A model generated the notes under the pieces. The model was not told the origin of the DNA. It was given only the letters and a program-made list of their open reading frames with translations, and ran no database searches. The translations under genes were made by a program, and so were the position numbers. From assembly GCA_025456145.1 (NCBI GenBank), contig JALOLD010000048.1:6731-70730 (forward strand): a stretch of DNA of 64,000 bases. The letters are read 5' to 3'. Of the stretch, positions 55,988 to 64,000 are shown one piece after another. Positions within the stretch are counted from its first letter, which is position 1. Each line of letters begins with the position of its first letter. The DNA is from Thermoanaerobaculales bacterium (GTDB lineage: Bacteria > Acidobacteriota > Thermoanaerobaculia > Thermoanaerobaculales > Sulfomarinibacteraceae).

Positions 55988-57464
55988 CGCCCTCGCGGCG
56001 GTGCTCCTCGTCGCCCTCGCCCCGACCGCGGCGGCCGGGGACGACGAGAGCCCGCCGGCCAAGCGCTACCGGATCTTCGGCCAGCTGACCACCGAGCTCG
56101 AGCTCAACCAGGCCGAGGACGAGAACGATCCCGAGGACGGCGACTACACCAAGCTCAAGCAGATCGTCGCGGTCAACCTCGAGTGGTCCAAGCTCACCGT
56201 CGGCGTCCAGCTCGAGCTGCTCGACTACTCCGACCCCGAGCTCGTCGACCGGCTCGACCTCGACCGGTTGCACGACACCCTCGAGCTGCGCCGCTACTAT
56301 GTCGACTACCAGGGCGACCACCTCTCGGGGCGGCTCGGCACCTTCTTCTCGTCGCTCGGCCGCGGGCTCACGCTGTATGTCCAGAAGAACGACGTGCTCG
56401 GCTTCGACGAGCCGATCCACGGCGCGTTCGCGAAGCTCAACCTCGAGCACTTCGACATCTCGGCGGTCGGCGGCACGGTGACCGAGCCCCAGCTCCAGAA
56501 CCAGTTCAACCGCGAGTTCGAGGACGAGGTCTATGGCGGCCGGGTCATTGCCCGCCTGCCCCTCGACCTCTACCTCGGCGGCTCGGCGGTCCGCGCCGAG
56601 CTCGACCGCTTCTTCCCCGAGGGCACCGACGAGGTCGAGGTCTGGTCGGCCGAGGGCGGCGGGACCGGGCTCTTCGGCTTGCTCGACATCGCCGCCGAGT
56701 GGTCCGAGCTGACCAAGACCGAGGCGACCCGGGTGCGCGACGGGTACGGCCGGTACTTCTCGGCGGCCGCCTATGTCGGTCCGGTCTCGATCCTCGCCGA
56801 GTACAAGGACTACTACAACTTCGCCTACCGCTACAACCTGCCGCCCAATGCCGGCCGCGCCGACGAGTCCTACGATCACAACGACGTCAAGGGACCGCGG
56901 CTGCTGGTCTCGGCCGACATCCTGGCGACCGGCTCGATCGTCCACGGAAGCTACGCCGAGTTCGACAGCCACAGGACCTCGAGCTCGCCCGGCGGCACCG
57001 AGGGCGACCGTCAGACCGAGTGGTACGCCGGGCTCGAGCAGACGATCGGCCGGGTCTACTTCCAGGGCAGCTACTTCGACCGGGACTGGCTCGACCGCGG
57101 GATCACCGAGACCCACACGATCGGCGACTTCCACCTGACGGTGGGCGGCTCGGGCGAGATCATCCTGGGCTGGGACGAGCGGCTCGAGGAGGCGGACTAC
57201 TTCAGCCTCGGCACCACCCGCACCACCGCCGCCTACTCGCTCTCGCCGTGGGGCACGGTGTCGCTGCGCTACTCGTGGGAGGAGCGCAGCGGCTTCGACA
57301 AGGAGGACTTCTGGGGCGTCGAGGTCCAGGCCCTGCCGCGCAGCGACCTGATCATCACGCTGTTCGGCGGGGGCGATCCGGGCGGTCTGGTCTGCGCCGG
57401 CGGTCAGTGCCGGATCGAGCCCCGCTTCAAGGGCTACCGGGCCAACATCACGTGGCGGTTCTGA
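55974..57464 (+). CDS. DUF6029-like outer-membrane beta-barrel with a C-terminal Cys pair
   Basis: Signal peptide; RLGTFFSSLGRGLTL; AEYKDY; ends GGLVCAGGQCRIEPRFKGYRANITWRF (terminal Phe beta-signal); overlaps tlpA. Confidence 0.8.
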   Translation: MTRASALAAVLLVALAPTAAAGDDESPPAKRYRIFGQLTTELELNQAEDENDPEDGDYTKLKQIVAVNLEWSKLTVGVQLELLDYSDPELVDRLDLDRLHDTLELRRYYVDYQGDHLSGRLGTFFSSLGRGLTLYVQKNDVLGFDEPIHGAFAKLNLEHFDISAVGGTVTEPQLQNQFNREFEDEVYGGRVIARLPLDLYLGGSAVRAELDRFFPEGTDEVEVWSAEGGGTGLFGLLDIAAEWSELTKTEATRVRDGYGRYFSAAAYVGPVSILAEYKDYYNFAYRYNLPPNAGRADESYDHNDVKGPRLLVSADILATGSIVHGSYAEFDSHRTSSSPGGTEGDRQTEWYAGLEQTIGRVYFQGSYFDRDWLDRGITETHTIGDFHLTVGGSGEIILGWDERLEEADYFSLGTTRTTAAYSLSPWGTVSLRYSWEERSGFDKEDFWGVEVQALPRSDLIITLFGGGDPGGLVCAGGQCRIEPRFKGYRANITWRF

Positions 57465-57532
57465 TGGCGACCCCCGGTCATCGAACCCCCGCATCGCGAC
57501 GCACATCTCCCCGACCGGGGATGGGAGACGGT

Positions 57533-59119
57533 ATGTTCACCAGGATCCGGCTCGTACCCGCTATCGTCCTCACGGCGACGCTGCTCATCGTCACCGTCGC
57601 CGGCGCCGCCGACCGGGTGGTGCTCGGCGAGTACTTCACCAACCTCTATTGAACCTCCTGTGCGACCACGGGTCCCGTGGTCGAGCAGATCGCCGAGGAC
57701 TACCCGGACCGGTTCGCCGCGCTGTCGATGCACGTCAACGGCGACGGCTTCGACACGCCCTGGGGGCAGGACCGGCTCGACTCGTTCTACGGCATCCCCG
57801 GCGCGGTCCCGACCTTCATGGTCGACGCGCTGTGGAACTGCCAGTCCCCCGGCGACTACCGGTACTACGTCGAGCAGCAGCTCGCCAGCCCAACCGACAT
57901 GACCCTCGAGCTGTCGGGCAGCCCGGTCGGCGGAGCGACCTGGGACATCACCGCGCGGCTCTGTCACGAGGGCAGCGGCTCGCGCCCGATCCGGCTCTTC
58001 ACCGCGGCCGCCCTCGACGGCTATCCCAACCCGCCGCGCCACTCGACCAACGTCCTGCGGCAGAACGCCTTCGAGACCGATCTGGCGATCGCCGGCGGCG
58101 CCTGCGAGACCGTCACGACGCGGATCACCTTCGACCCCGAGAGCATGGCCGCCACCTCGGACATCGTGATCATCGCCTGGGCCCAGAAGCCGGCCGCCAC
58201 CGCGCCGACGACGGTCTACCAGGCGGCCGTCATGCGCTGGCCCTTCCCGGCCGGCAGCCAGCTCACCACCATCGAGATCGAGCCGGCCGACGCGACCGTC
58301 GCGGTCGGCGGCACGGTCGGCTTCACCGCCCAGGGCAAGGACCAGCACGGCGCCGAGTACCCGCTCGTCAATCCCGTCTGGAGCCTCGGGACGGGGAGCG
58401 GCGGTGGGACCTTCGACCCCGGTACCGGGACCACGACCACCTTCACCGCGACCGCGGTCGGAACCCGCCAGCTCCTGTGCAGCGAGGGCGGCGTCACCGG
58501 CGGCGCCATCGTCACCATCACCGCAGCGCCGCGCCTCGCGACCATCGAGATCGAACCTGCCGACGCCTCCGTCGCGGTCGGCGGGACGGTCGCCTTCACC
58601 GCCACCGGTCGCGACCAGTACGGCGACGAGTTTCCGCTCGGCGCCCCGGTGTGGACGATCGACGGCGACGGCGACGGGACCTTCGAGCCGGCCACCGGCG
58701 CCGCCACCACCTTCACCGCCTCGTACCCCGGGAGCGCGACCGTGCGCTGCACCGACGGCGCCGTCGTCGGCAGCACCGGGCTCGAGATCACCGGCGACGC
58801 GCCGCGGCTCGCCACGATCACGGTGAGCCCGGCGAGCGCGACCATCCGGGTCGGCGACAGCCTCGCGCTCAGCGCGACCGGCACCGACCAGTACGGCCGC
58901 GCCATCGCCCTCGCCGACCCGGTCTGGCGGGTCGAGGGCGTCGGCGCCGGCACCCTCGAGCCGGCCGGCGGCAGCGCCGCGACGACCTTCACCGCCACCG
59001 CGGTGGGCAGCGTCTCGGTGATCTGCAGCGACGACGGCGTCGAGGGGTCGGCGGCCGTCACCATCACCGCCGCCGGTCTGCCCGCGCCGCGCAAGGTCAC
59101 CAGGCGGGTCGCGCCGTGA
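57533..59119 (+). CDS. Predicted selenoprotein B: secreted Omp28-like thioredoxin fold (Y-U-T-S-C) plus three Ig-like (Big_2) repeats, 528 aa
   Basis: ATG 57533; signal peptide; DRVVLGEYFTNLY-TGA(57650-57652, codon 40)-TSC-ATTGPVV continues in frame into ORF 57677-59119. Confidence 0.85.
57664..57682 (+). promoter_or_regulatory. Candidate bacterial SECIS hairpin B
   Basis: GACCACGG-GTC-CCGTGGTC, perfect 8-bp stem starting 11 nt after the TGA. Confidence 0.78.
58262..59070 (+). repeat. Three ~90-aa Ig-like coding repeats
   Basis: L.TI...PA.A...VG......A.G.DQ.G...PVW...G.GT..P....TTFTA repeated three times. Confidence 0.85.
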
Positions 59120-59265
59120 CGCCATCCGCCGACGCCCGCCGGATCACCAGGGCGCGACCCGGTCTCGCGGCACCGTATCGAATCCTCGATCGGCCCTCGG
59201 CCGGGCCGACTGGAGGTGTGGCCCGAACCCACACGGCCGAACAGCTCAGGAGAGAGGGAGGACCA

Positions 59266-61023
59266 ATGCGCAAGGCAACACTTCTGATCGGCATCCTGCT
59301 CGCAGCCGGGATCACGATCGCCGCGGACGGCGTGCCGCTCGACGCCTATCCGAAGACGAGCATCGCCGAGGACGCCACGGCGACCTGGTGCGGCTTCTGC
59401 CCGAACGCCTACGCCGGGCTCGAGATCGTGCACCAGAACTTCGGCTACGACGCCTTTGTCAGCGTCCGCTACTACGAGACGAGCGGCAGCTACGGCACCA
59501 CCGAGACCGACGCCCGCAACGACGCCTACGGTGTCACGGGCTTTCCGACGGTGATCATCGACGGTACCAACCGCTTCGTCGGCGCCGGTACCGCGACCGC
59601 AGCCACCGGCCAGCCCTACCTCAGCACGGTCGAGGTGGCAAGCCTGGCGCCGGCCCCGATTCGGATCGACATCGACTCGTTCAACCCGGCGACCGGTGCA
59701 ATCTCGGCCACCGTCACCATGTACTCGGCGACCGCCTCGCTGAGCAACGAAACCGTGCTCTTCGTGCTCGTCGAGGACAACGTCGCGGCGAGCCACACCC
59801 ACGTCGCCCGCGACCTGATCTACGACACCATCACCCTGAGCGGCGCGGGCTCGACCGCAGTGTTCAACAAGAGCTTCGTGATCGACCCGGGCTGGAACCA
59901 GGGCAACCTCCACGCGGTCGCGCTCGTCCAGCACGAAAACCCCCCGGGTGTTCCCCGGGAGGTCCTCCAGGCAGCCTCGACCTGGCCCCAGCCGTCCTAC
60001 CGGGTCCGCGGCATGGTGCCCTTCAGCCCGATCAGCTTCGGCGCATCCTCGGGCACGCAGATGGGCGAGGAGTTCACGGTCATGAACACCGGGCTGACCG
60101 ACACCTTCACCATCGACGTCGTGGTCGACTCGGCGCCCGCCGGGTGGCAGACGACTCTGGTCGACGGTTCCGGAACGCCGCAGACCCCGCCCTACGCTTT
60201 TGGCCTCAACAACGAGGCAGCCACCACCTTCCGGGTCGACGTGACGCCGAGCTCGTCGGGCCAGATGGACTACCACGTCGAGATCGACTCGCCCAACCTG
60301 AGCTCGCCTCTGACCATCCCCTTCACCTACTTCACCGACGACCTCGACGTGATGCTGGTCGACGACGACGGCGGCGACCCCTTCGAGCTCTACTTCACCG
60401 CGGTGCTCGACGCCGCGGGCAAGAGCTACGGCGTCTGGAACCGCAGCCTGAGCCCGCTGTCGGCGGACGTCGCGACCAACACCAACGTGCTCATCTGGAA
60501 CGCCGGCTTCACCTCGCCGTCGCTCGACGCCGACGACAAGGCCTTCGTCGGCCAGTACCTCGACGCCGGCAAGGCGCTCTTCTTGAGCGGTCAGGACGTC
60601 GGCTGGGACCTCAACGAGAACAACCCCGACCCCGTGTGGTACCAGACCTACCTGCACGCCACCTATATCCGTGACGACACCAACATCATGTACCTCGACG
60701 GCGTCGCCGGCGACCCGGTGAGCGACGGGTTGACCCTGCACATCGCCGGCGGCTCGGGCGCCAACAACCAGGACTACCCGGACGAGATCGAGGCCGCCGA
60801 CGCCGACGCCACCGAGATCCTGCACTACCAGGGCGACGGCTGCGGCGCGATCCGGGCGCTCGACAGCGTGTCGAAGGCGCGGCTGGTCTACCTCGGCTTC
60901 GGCTTCGAGGGCATCGACGACGCCCAGGACCGCTCGGACCTGCTGCTCGACGCGCTGGGCTGGATCGGCCCCGAGCTCCTCATCGACGGCTTCGAGACCG
61001 GCGACCTGAGCGCCTGGCAGTAG
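59266..61023 (+). CDS. Secreted Omp28-like thioredoxin-fold protein, Cys form (W-C-G-F-C), 585 aa
   Basis: GGAGG before ATG 59266; signal peptide; EDATATWCGFCP, YGVTGFPTVIIDG, LVEDN...HVARD, LHAVALVQ...EVLQA; ends LIDGFETGDLSAWQ. Confidence 0.85.
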   Translation: MRKATLLIGILLAAGITIAADGVPLDAYPKTSIAEDATATWCGFCPNAYAGLEIVHQNFGYDAFVSVRYYETSGSYGTTETDARNDAYGVTGFPTVIIDGTNRFVGAGTATAATGQPYLSTVEVASLAPAPIRIDIDSFNPATGAISATVTMYSATASLSNETVLFVLVEDNVAASHTHVARDLIYDTITLSGAGSTAVFNKSFVIDPGWNQGNLHAVALVQHENPPGVPREVLQAASTWPQPSYRVRGMVPFSPISFGASSGTQMGEEFTVMNTGLTDTFTIDVVVDSAPAGWQTTLVDGSGTPQTPPYAFGLNNEAATTFRVDVTPSSSGQMDYHVEIDSPNLSSPLTIPFTYFTDDLDVMLVDDDGGDPFELYFTAVLDAAGKSYGVWNRSLSPLSADVATNTNVLIWNAGFTSPSLDADDKAFVGQYLDAGKALFLSGQDVGWDLNENNPDPVWYQTYLHATYIRDDTNIMYLDGVAGDPVSDGLTLHIAGGSGANNQDYPDEIEAADADATEILHYQGDGCGAIRALDSVSKARLVYLGFGFEGIDDAQDRSDLLLDALGWIGPELLIDGFETGDLSAWQ

Positions 61024-61052
61024 TGGCGCACCGACCGTTTCCGGCTCGCTTC

Positions 61053-61078
61053 ACCCCCGCCCCGGCGGGGGTCTCTTT
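61053..61078 (+). terminator. Putative intrinsic terminator
   Basis: ACCCCCGCC-CC-GGCGGGGGT followed by CTCTTT. Confidence 0.5.
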
Positions 61079-61212
61079 CGGTCCGGAGGTGGGAGGCCCG
61101 AAGGTCGGGAGGGGTCGGCAGCGCCGAGCTTCCCGGCGATCGCGGTCGTCGCAATAGCCGAGCGGGGGCGCCGTCCCCCGCCGCAACCAACACGAGCAAG
61201 GAGGAGGACCCC

Positions 61213-62025
61213 ATGAGCAACGCAGCGATGCAACGGGTGCTGGTCGCGCTCGCGGCGGTGTCGTTGGCCGCGAGCGGCGCCGTCGGCGCGGATCGGATGG
61301 TGGTCGTCGAGCACTTCACCGCCACCTGGTGAGGGTCCTGCGTGACCGCGGGTCCCGTGGTCAGCAACATGATCGACGCCTACCCGAACACTCTCGCCTT
61401 CATCGCGATCCACGACGGCGACAGCTACGAGGTCCCCTGGGGGACCATGCGCGATGGGGTGTACCAGGCGGCCTGGACCCCCTTCGACTGCCAGGACGGT
61501 CTGTATGACGCGTGGCCGATCACCAGCTACGAGTCGAAGTTCCTCGCCCGCCAGGCGATCCCCACCGACGTCACCATCGACCTCGAGGTCTTCGGCGCCG
61601 GCACCGACTGGAACGTCAGCGCGGTGGTCTGCATCGAGCCGGGCGGGACCGGCAAGACGATGAAGGTCTGGATGGCCCAGGTCCTCGACCACTACGGTCC
61701 GGCGAACTTCGACCGGAACATGGTCCGCTCCGGCACGAACGGGGTCGAGATCACCCTCGCCCCGTCCGAGTGCACGACCGTCACCGAGAGCCTCACCCTC
61801 GACTCGGTCAGCCAGGCGTCGCCGGACACCGTCAAGTTCTTCGCCTGGGCCCAGGACACGGTCTTCGTCTACAACCCGCAGGTCCAGTACATCAACGGAA
61901 CCTGGTACGGCGCCTGGTTCGGCGAGATCTACCAGGGCGCCAAGGCCCTCGCGCCCTTCGAGGGCGCCTTCCGGGACGGCTTCGAGGACGGTACCACCTC
62001 GGCCTGGGGCAGCGTCTCGCCCTGA
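61213..62025 (+). CDS. Predicted selenoprotein C: secreted Omp28-like thioredoxin-fold protein, W-U-G-S-C, 270 aa
   Basis: GGAGGAGG before ATG 61213; signal peptide; DRMVVVEHFTATW-TGA(61330-61332, codon 40)-GSC-VTAGPVV continues in frame into ORF 61342-62025; close paralogue of A; ends FRDGFEDGTTSAWGSVSP. Confidence 0.87.
61344..61362 (+). promoter_or_regulatory. Candidate bacterial SECIS hairpin C
   Basis: GACCGCGG-GTC-CCGTGGTC, 8-bp stem with one G.U pair, starting 11 nt after the TGA. Confidence 0.78.
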
Positions 62026-62047
62026 CCCTGCCGTCCTCATCACCCTC

Positions 62048-62080
62048 GGCCGCCCCCGCTCCGGCGGGGGCGGTCGTTTT
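62048..62080 (+). terminator. Intrinsic terminator after selenoprotein C
   Basis: GGCCGCCCCCGC-TCCG-GCGGGGGCGGTC followed by GTTTT. Confidence 0.65.
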
Positions 62081-62226
62081 CCGCCACGCCTCGCGACGCC
62101 GTAAGGTCCAACCACCGGCAACCCGGAGGCGTCATAATCGTACTGCCTGGCAACGCCCGGCCCCGTCCCGGGCCGGCCCGATCACGGCCGGCGCGGGGCG
62201 CCGCCCACGTCTCCGGAGGACCACTC

Positions 62227-64000
62227 ATGCGCCACGCTCTCGCGATCCCGATGCTCGCGATCATCGCCCTCGCGGCGACCGCCGCGGCGGCCGATGGCGG
62301 CACCCGCCTGCTCCGCTACCCCGACATCCACGGCGACACCGTGGTCTTCTGCTATGGGGGCGATCTGTGGACCGCCCCCGCCGCGGGTGGCGAGGCCACC
62401 CGTCTCACCGCCCACCCCGGGCAGGAGCTGTTCCCGCGGTTCTCGCCCGATGGGCGCTGGATCGCCTTCACCGGCCAGTACGACGGCGACGAGCAGGTCT
62501 ATGTCATGCCGTCGGGCGGCGGCGAGCCGCGGCGGCTGACCTGGTACCCGGCCGCCGGCCCGCTGCCGCCGCGCTGGGGGACCGACCACCAGGTCTTCGG
62601 TTGGACCCGCGACGGCCGCTCGGTGCTCTTCCGCTCGATGCGCGAGGCCAGCCCCGAGGTCGACGGCCGGCTCTACACCGTGCCCGTCGAGGGCGGTCTG
62701 CCCACCCCCCTGCCGATGCCCAACTCGGGGGCCGGCGACCTCTCGCCCGACGGCACGCGGATCGTCTACTCGCCGCTGTTCCGCGACTTCCGCCACTGGA
62801 AGCGCTACCAGGGCGGCTGGGCCCAGGACCTGTGGATCTTCGACCTCGCCACCGCCGAGGTGACGCCGGTCGCCCACGGCCCGCGCACCGAGCGCGACCC
62901 GATGTGGATCGGCGACCGGGTCTACTTCGTCTCCGACCGCGACGACCGGCTCAACCTCTTCGTCGCCGACCCGGCGGGCGGGGCGGTCGAGCAGCTCACC
63001 TTCCACGACCCGTGGGATGTCCGCTGGCCGGCCACCGACCACGAGGGCCGCATCGTCTACGAGCTCGACGGCGAGCTGCGGGTCTTCGACATCGGCTCGC
63101 GGACCGACCGCGCGATCACCGTCACGGTCCCCGACGACGGTTTGTGGAAGCGGCCCCGCCGGGTCGAGGCGGAAGGTCTCATCGAGGACTTCGGTCTGTC
63201 GCCCAAGGGCGAGCGGGCGCTCTTCACCGCCCGCGGCGAGGTCTTCACCGCACCCATCGAGAAGGGTCGCACCCGCAACCTGACCCGCTCCTCCGGCGCC
63301 CACGACCGGGACGCCGTCTGGTCGCCCGACGGGCGCACCGTCGCCTTCATCTCGGACGGCTCGGGCGAGGACGAGGTCTGGCTGGTCGACCAGGAGGGCG
63401 GCGAGCCGCCCCGCCAGCTGACCCGCGGCCACGCCGTCCGGTTGCGCGACCTCCTCTGGTCGCCCGACGGCGAGCGCCTCGCGGTGACCGACATCTTCGG
63501 CCGGCTCTTCGTGGTCGCGGCGAGCGACGGCGCCGAGACCGCGGTCGCCGACGACATCCTCGGCGGCATCTTCGACGCCGCCTGGTCGCCCGACGGCGGC
63601 CACCTCGCCTTCAGCCTGCGCAACGAGGCCGGGGTGCGGCGGATCCACATCTGGACCGTCGCGACGGGCGAGACCCGTCAGGTGACCTCCGACTTCTTCG
63701 CCGCCTACAGCCCGGCCTGGGACCCCGACGGGCGGTATCTCTTCTACATCTCGGAGCGGGCCTATGCGCCGCAGATCTCCGATCTCGAGTTCGACTACGC
63801 CGGCAACCGGCGGGACGGGATCTTCGCGGTCGCCCTGCGCCGGGACGTCGAGCCGCTCCTGCCCCCCGAGAGCGACGAGGTGAAGATCGACGGCGACGAC
63901 GGCACGGACGGCGCGGACGGCTCGACCAAGGGCGAGGACGCGAAGAAGAACAAGGGCGAGAAGAAGAACGGCAAGGGTGACGAGGGCGGTGCCGAGCCGG
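62227..64000 (+). CDS. Tricorn-like S41 protease (3' truncated by window edge)
   Basis: GGAGG before ATG 62227; signal peptide; [52 protein letters not shown]. Confidence 0.9.
   Translation, partial: MRHALAIPMLAIIALAATAAAADGGTRLLRYPDIHGDTVVFCYGGDLWTAPAAGGEATRLTAHPGQELFPRFSPDGRWIAFTGQYDGDEQVYVMPSGGGEPRRLTWYPAAGPLPPRWGTDHQVFGWTRDGRSVLFRSMREASPEVDGRLYTVPVEGGLPTPLPMPNSGAGDLSPDGTRIVYSPLFRDFRHWKRYQGGWAQDLWIFDLATAEVTPVAHGPRTERDPMWIGDRVYFVSDRDDRLNLFVADPAGGAVEQLTFHDPWDVRWPATDHEGRIVYELDGELRVFDIGSRTDRAITVTVPDDGLWKRPRRVEAEGLIEDFGLSPKGERALFTARGEVFTAPIEKGRTRNLTRSSGAHDRDAVWSPDGRTVAFISDGSGEDEVWLVDQEGGEPPRQLTRGHAVRLRDLLWSPDGERLAVTDIFGRLFVVAASDGAETAVADDILGGIFDAAWSPDGGHLAFSLRNEAGVRRIHIWTVATGETRQVTSDFFAAYSPAWDPDGRYLFYISERAYAPQISDLEFDYAGNRRDGIFAVALRRDVEPLLPPESDEVKIDGDDGTDGADGSTKGEDAKKNKGEKKNGKGDEGGAEP

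Noticed and set aside
57649-59265. N-terminal half of the 1124-aa ORF 57649-61023
   Set aside because: It is an off-frame shadow of selenoprotein B. The real gene starts at ATG 59266, with a ribosome-binding site and signal peptide.
54514-62025. The three in-frame TGAs as pseudogene stops, sequencing errors or a genome-wide UGA reassignment
   Set aside because: Three diverged paralogues have TGA at the same catalytic column with the same downstream hairpin and no other lesions. Many ordinary genes in the window end in TGA and Trp is encoded by TGG, so the code is standard.

Overview
GC-rich bacterial chromosomal window, probably from Acidobacteriota (Thermoanaerobaculia-like). That assignment is inferred from gene content and recurring C-terminal 'DGFE.G....W' tails. 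Most of the window is housekeeping: an RsbV/RsbU-type pair, fadD with a TetR FadR and its operator, putP, surE, pdp, pgm, eno, ftsB, fur-katG, monomeric icd, sppA, znuACB, a nine-gene arg operon and a tricorn protease. There are two small accessory islets: a lower-GC subtilase pair between 33-bp inverted repeats, and a tRNA-fMet-anchored AbiE toxin-antitoxin islet. The main result is at 54.5-62.0 kb, where the ORF track breaks three secreted thioredoxin-fold (Omp28-like) genes at an in-frame TGA. Each TGA falls at the first Cys of a CxxC motif (U-x-x-C) and is followed, exactly 11 nt later, by the same covarying hairpin, a candidate SECIS element. These genes cluster with a Cys-type paralogue, a TlpA reductase and a DUF6029-like outer-membrane barrel, suggesting a selenoprotein-based cell-surface redox system. 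Second, the arg operon lacks argA and argJ but contains a DUF1611-like gene, and its ArgF' carries the residue linked to succinyl specificity. This points to a non-canonical N-acylglutamate synthase. All family names come from motif recognition, not database searches.
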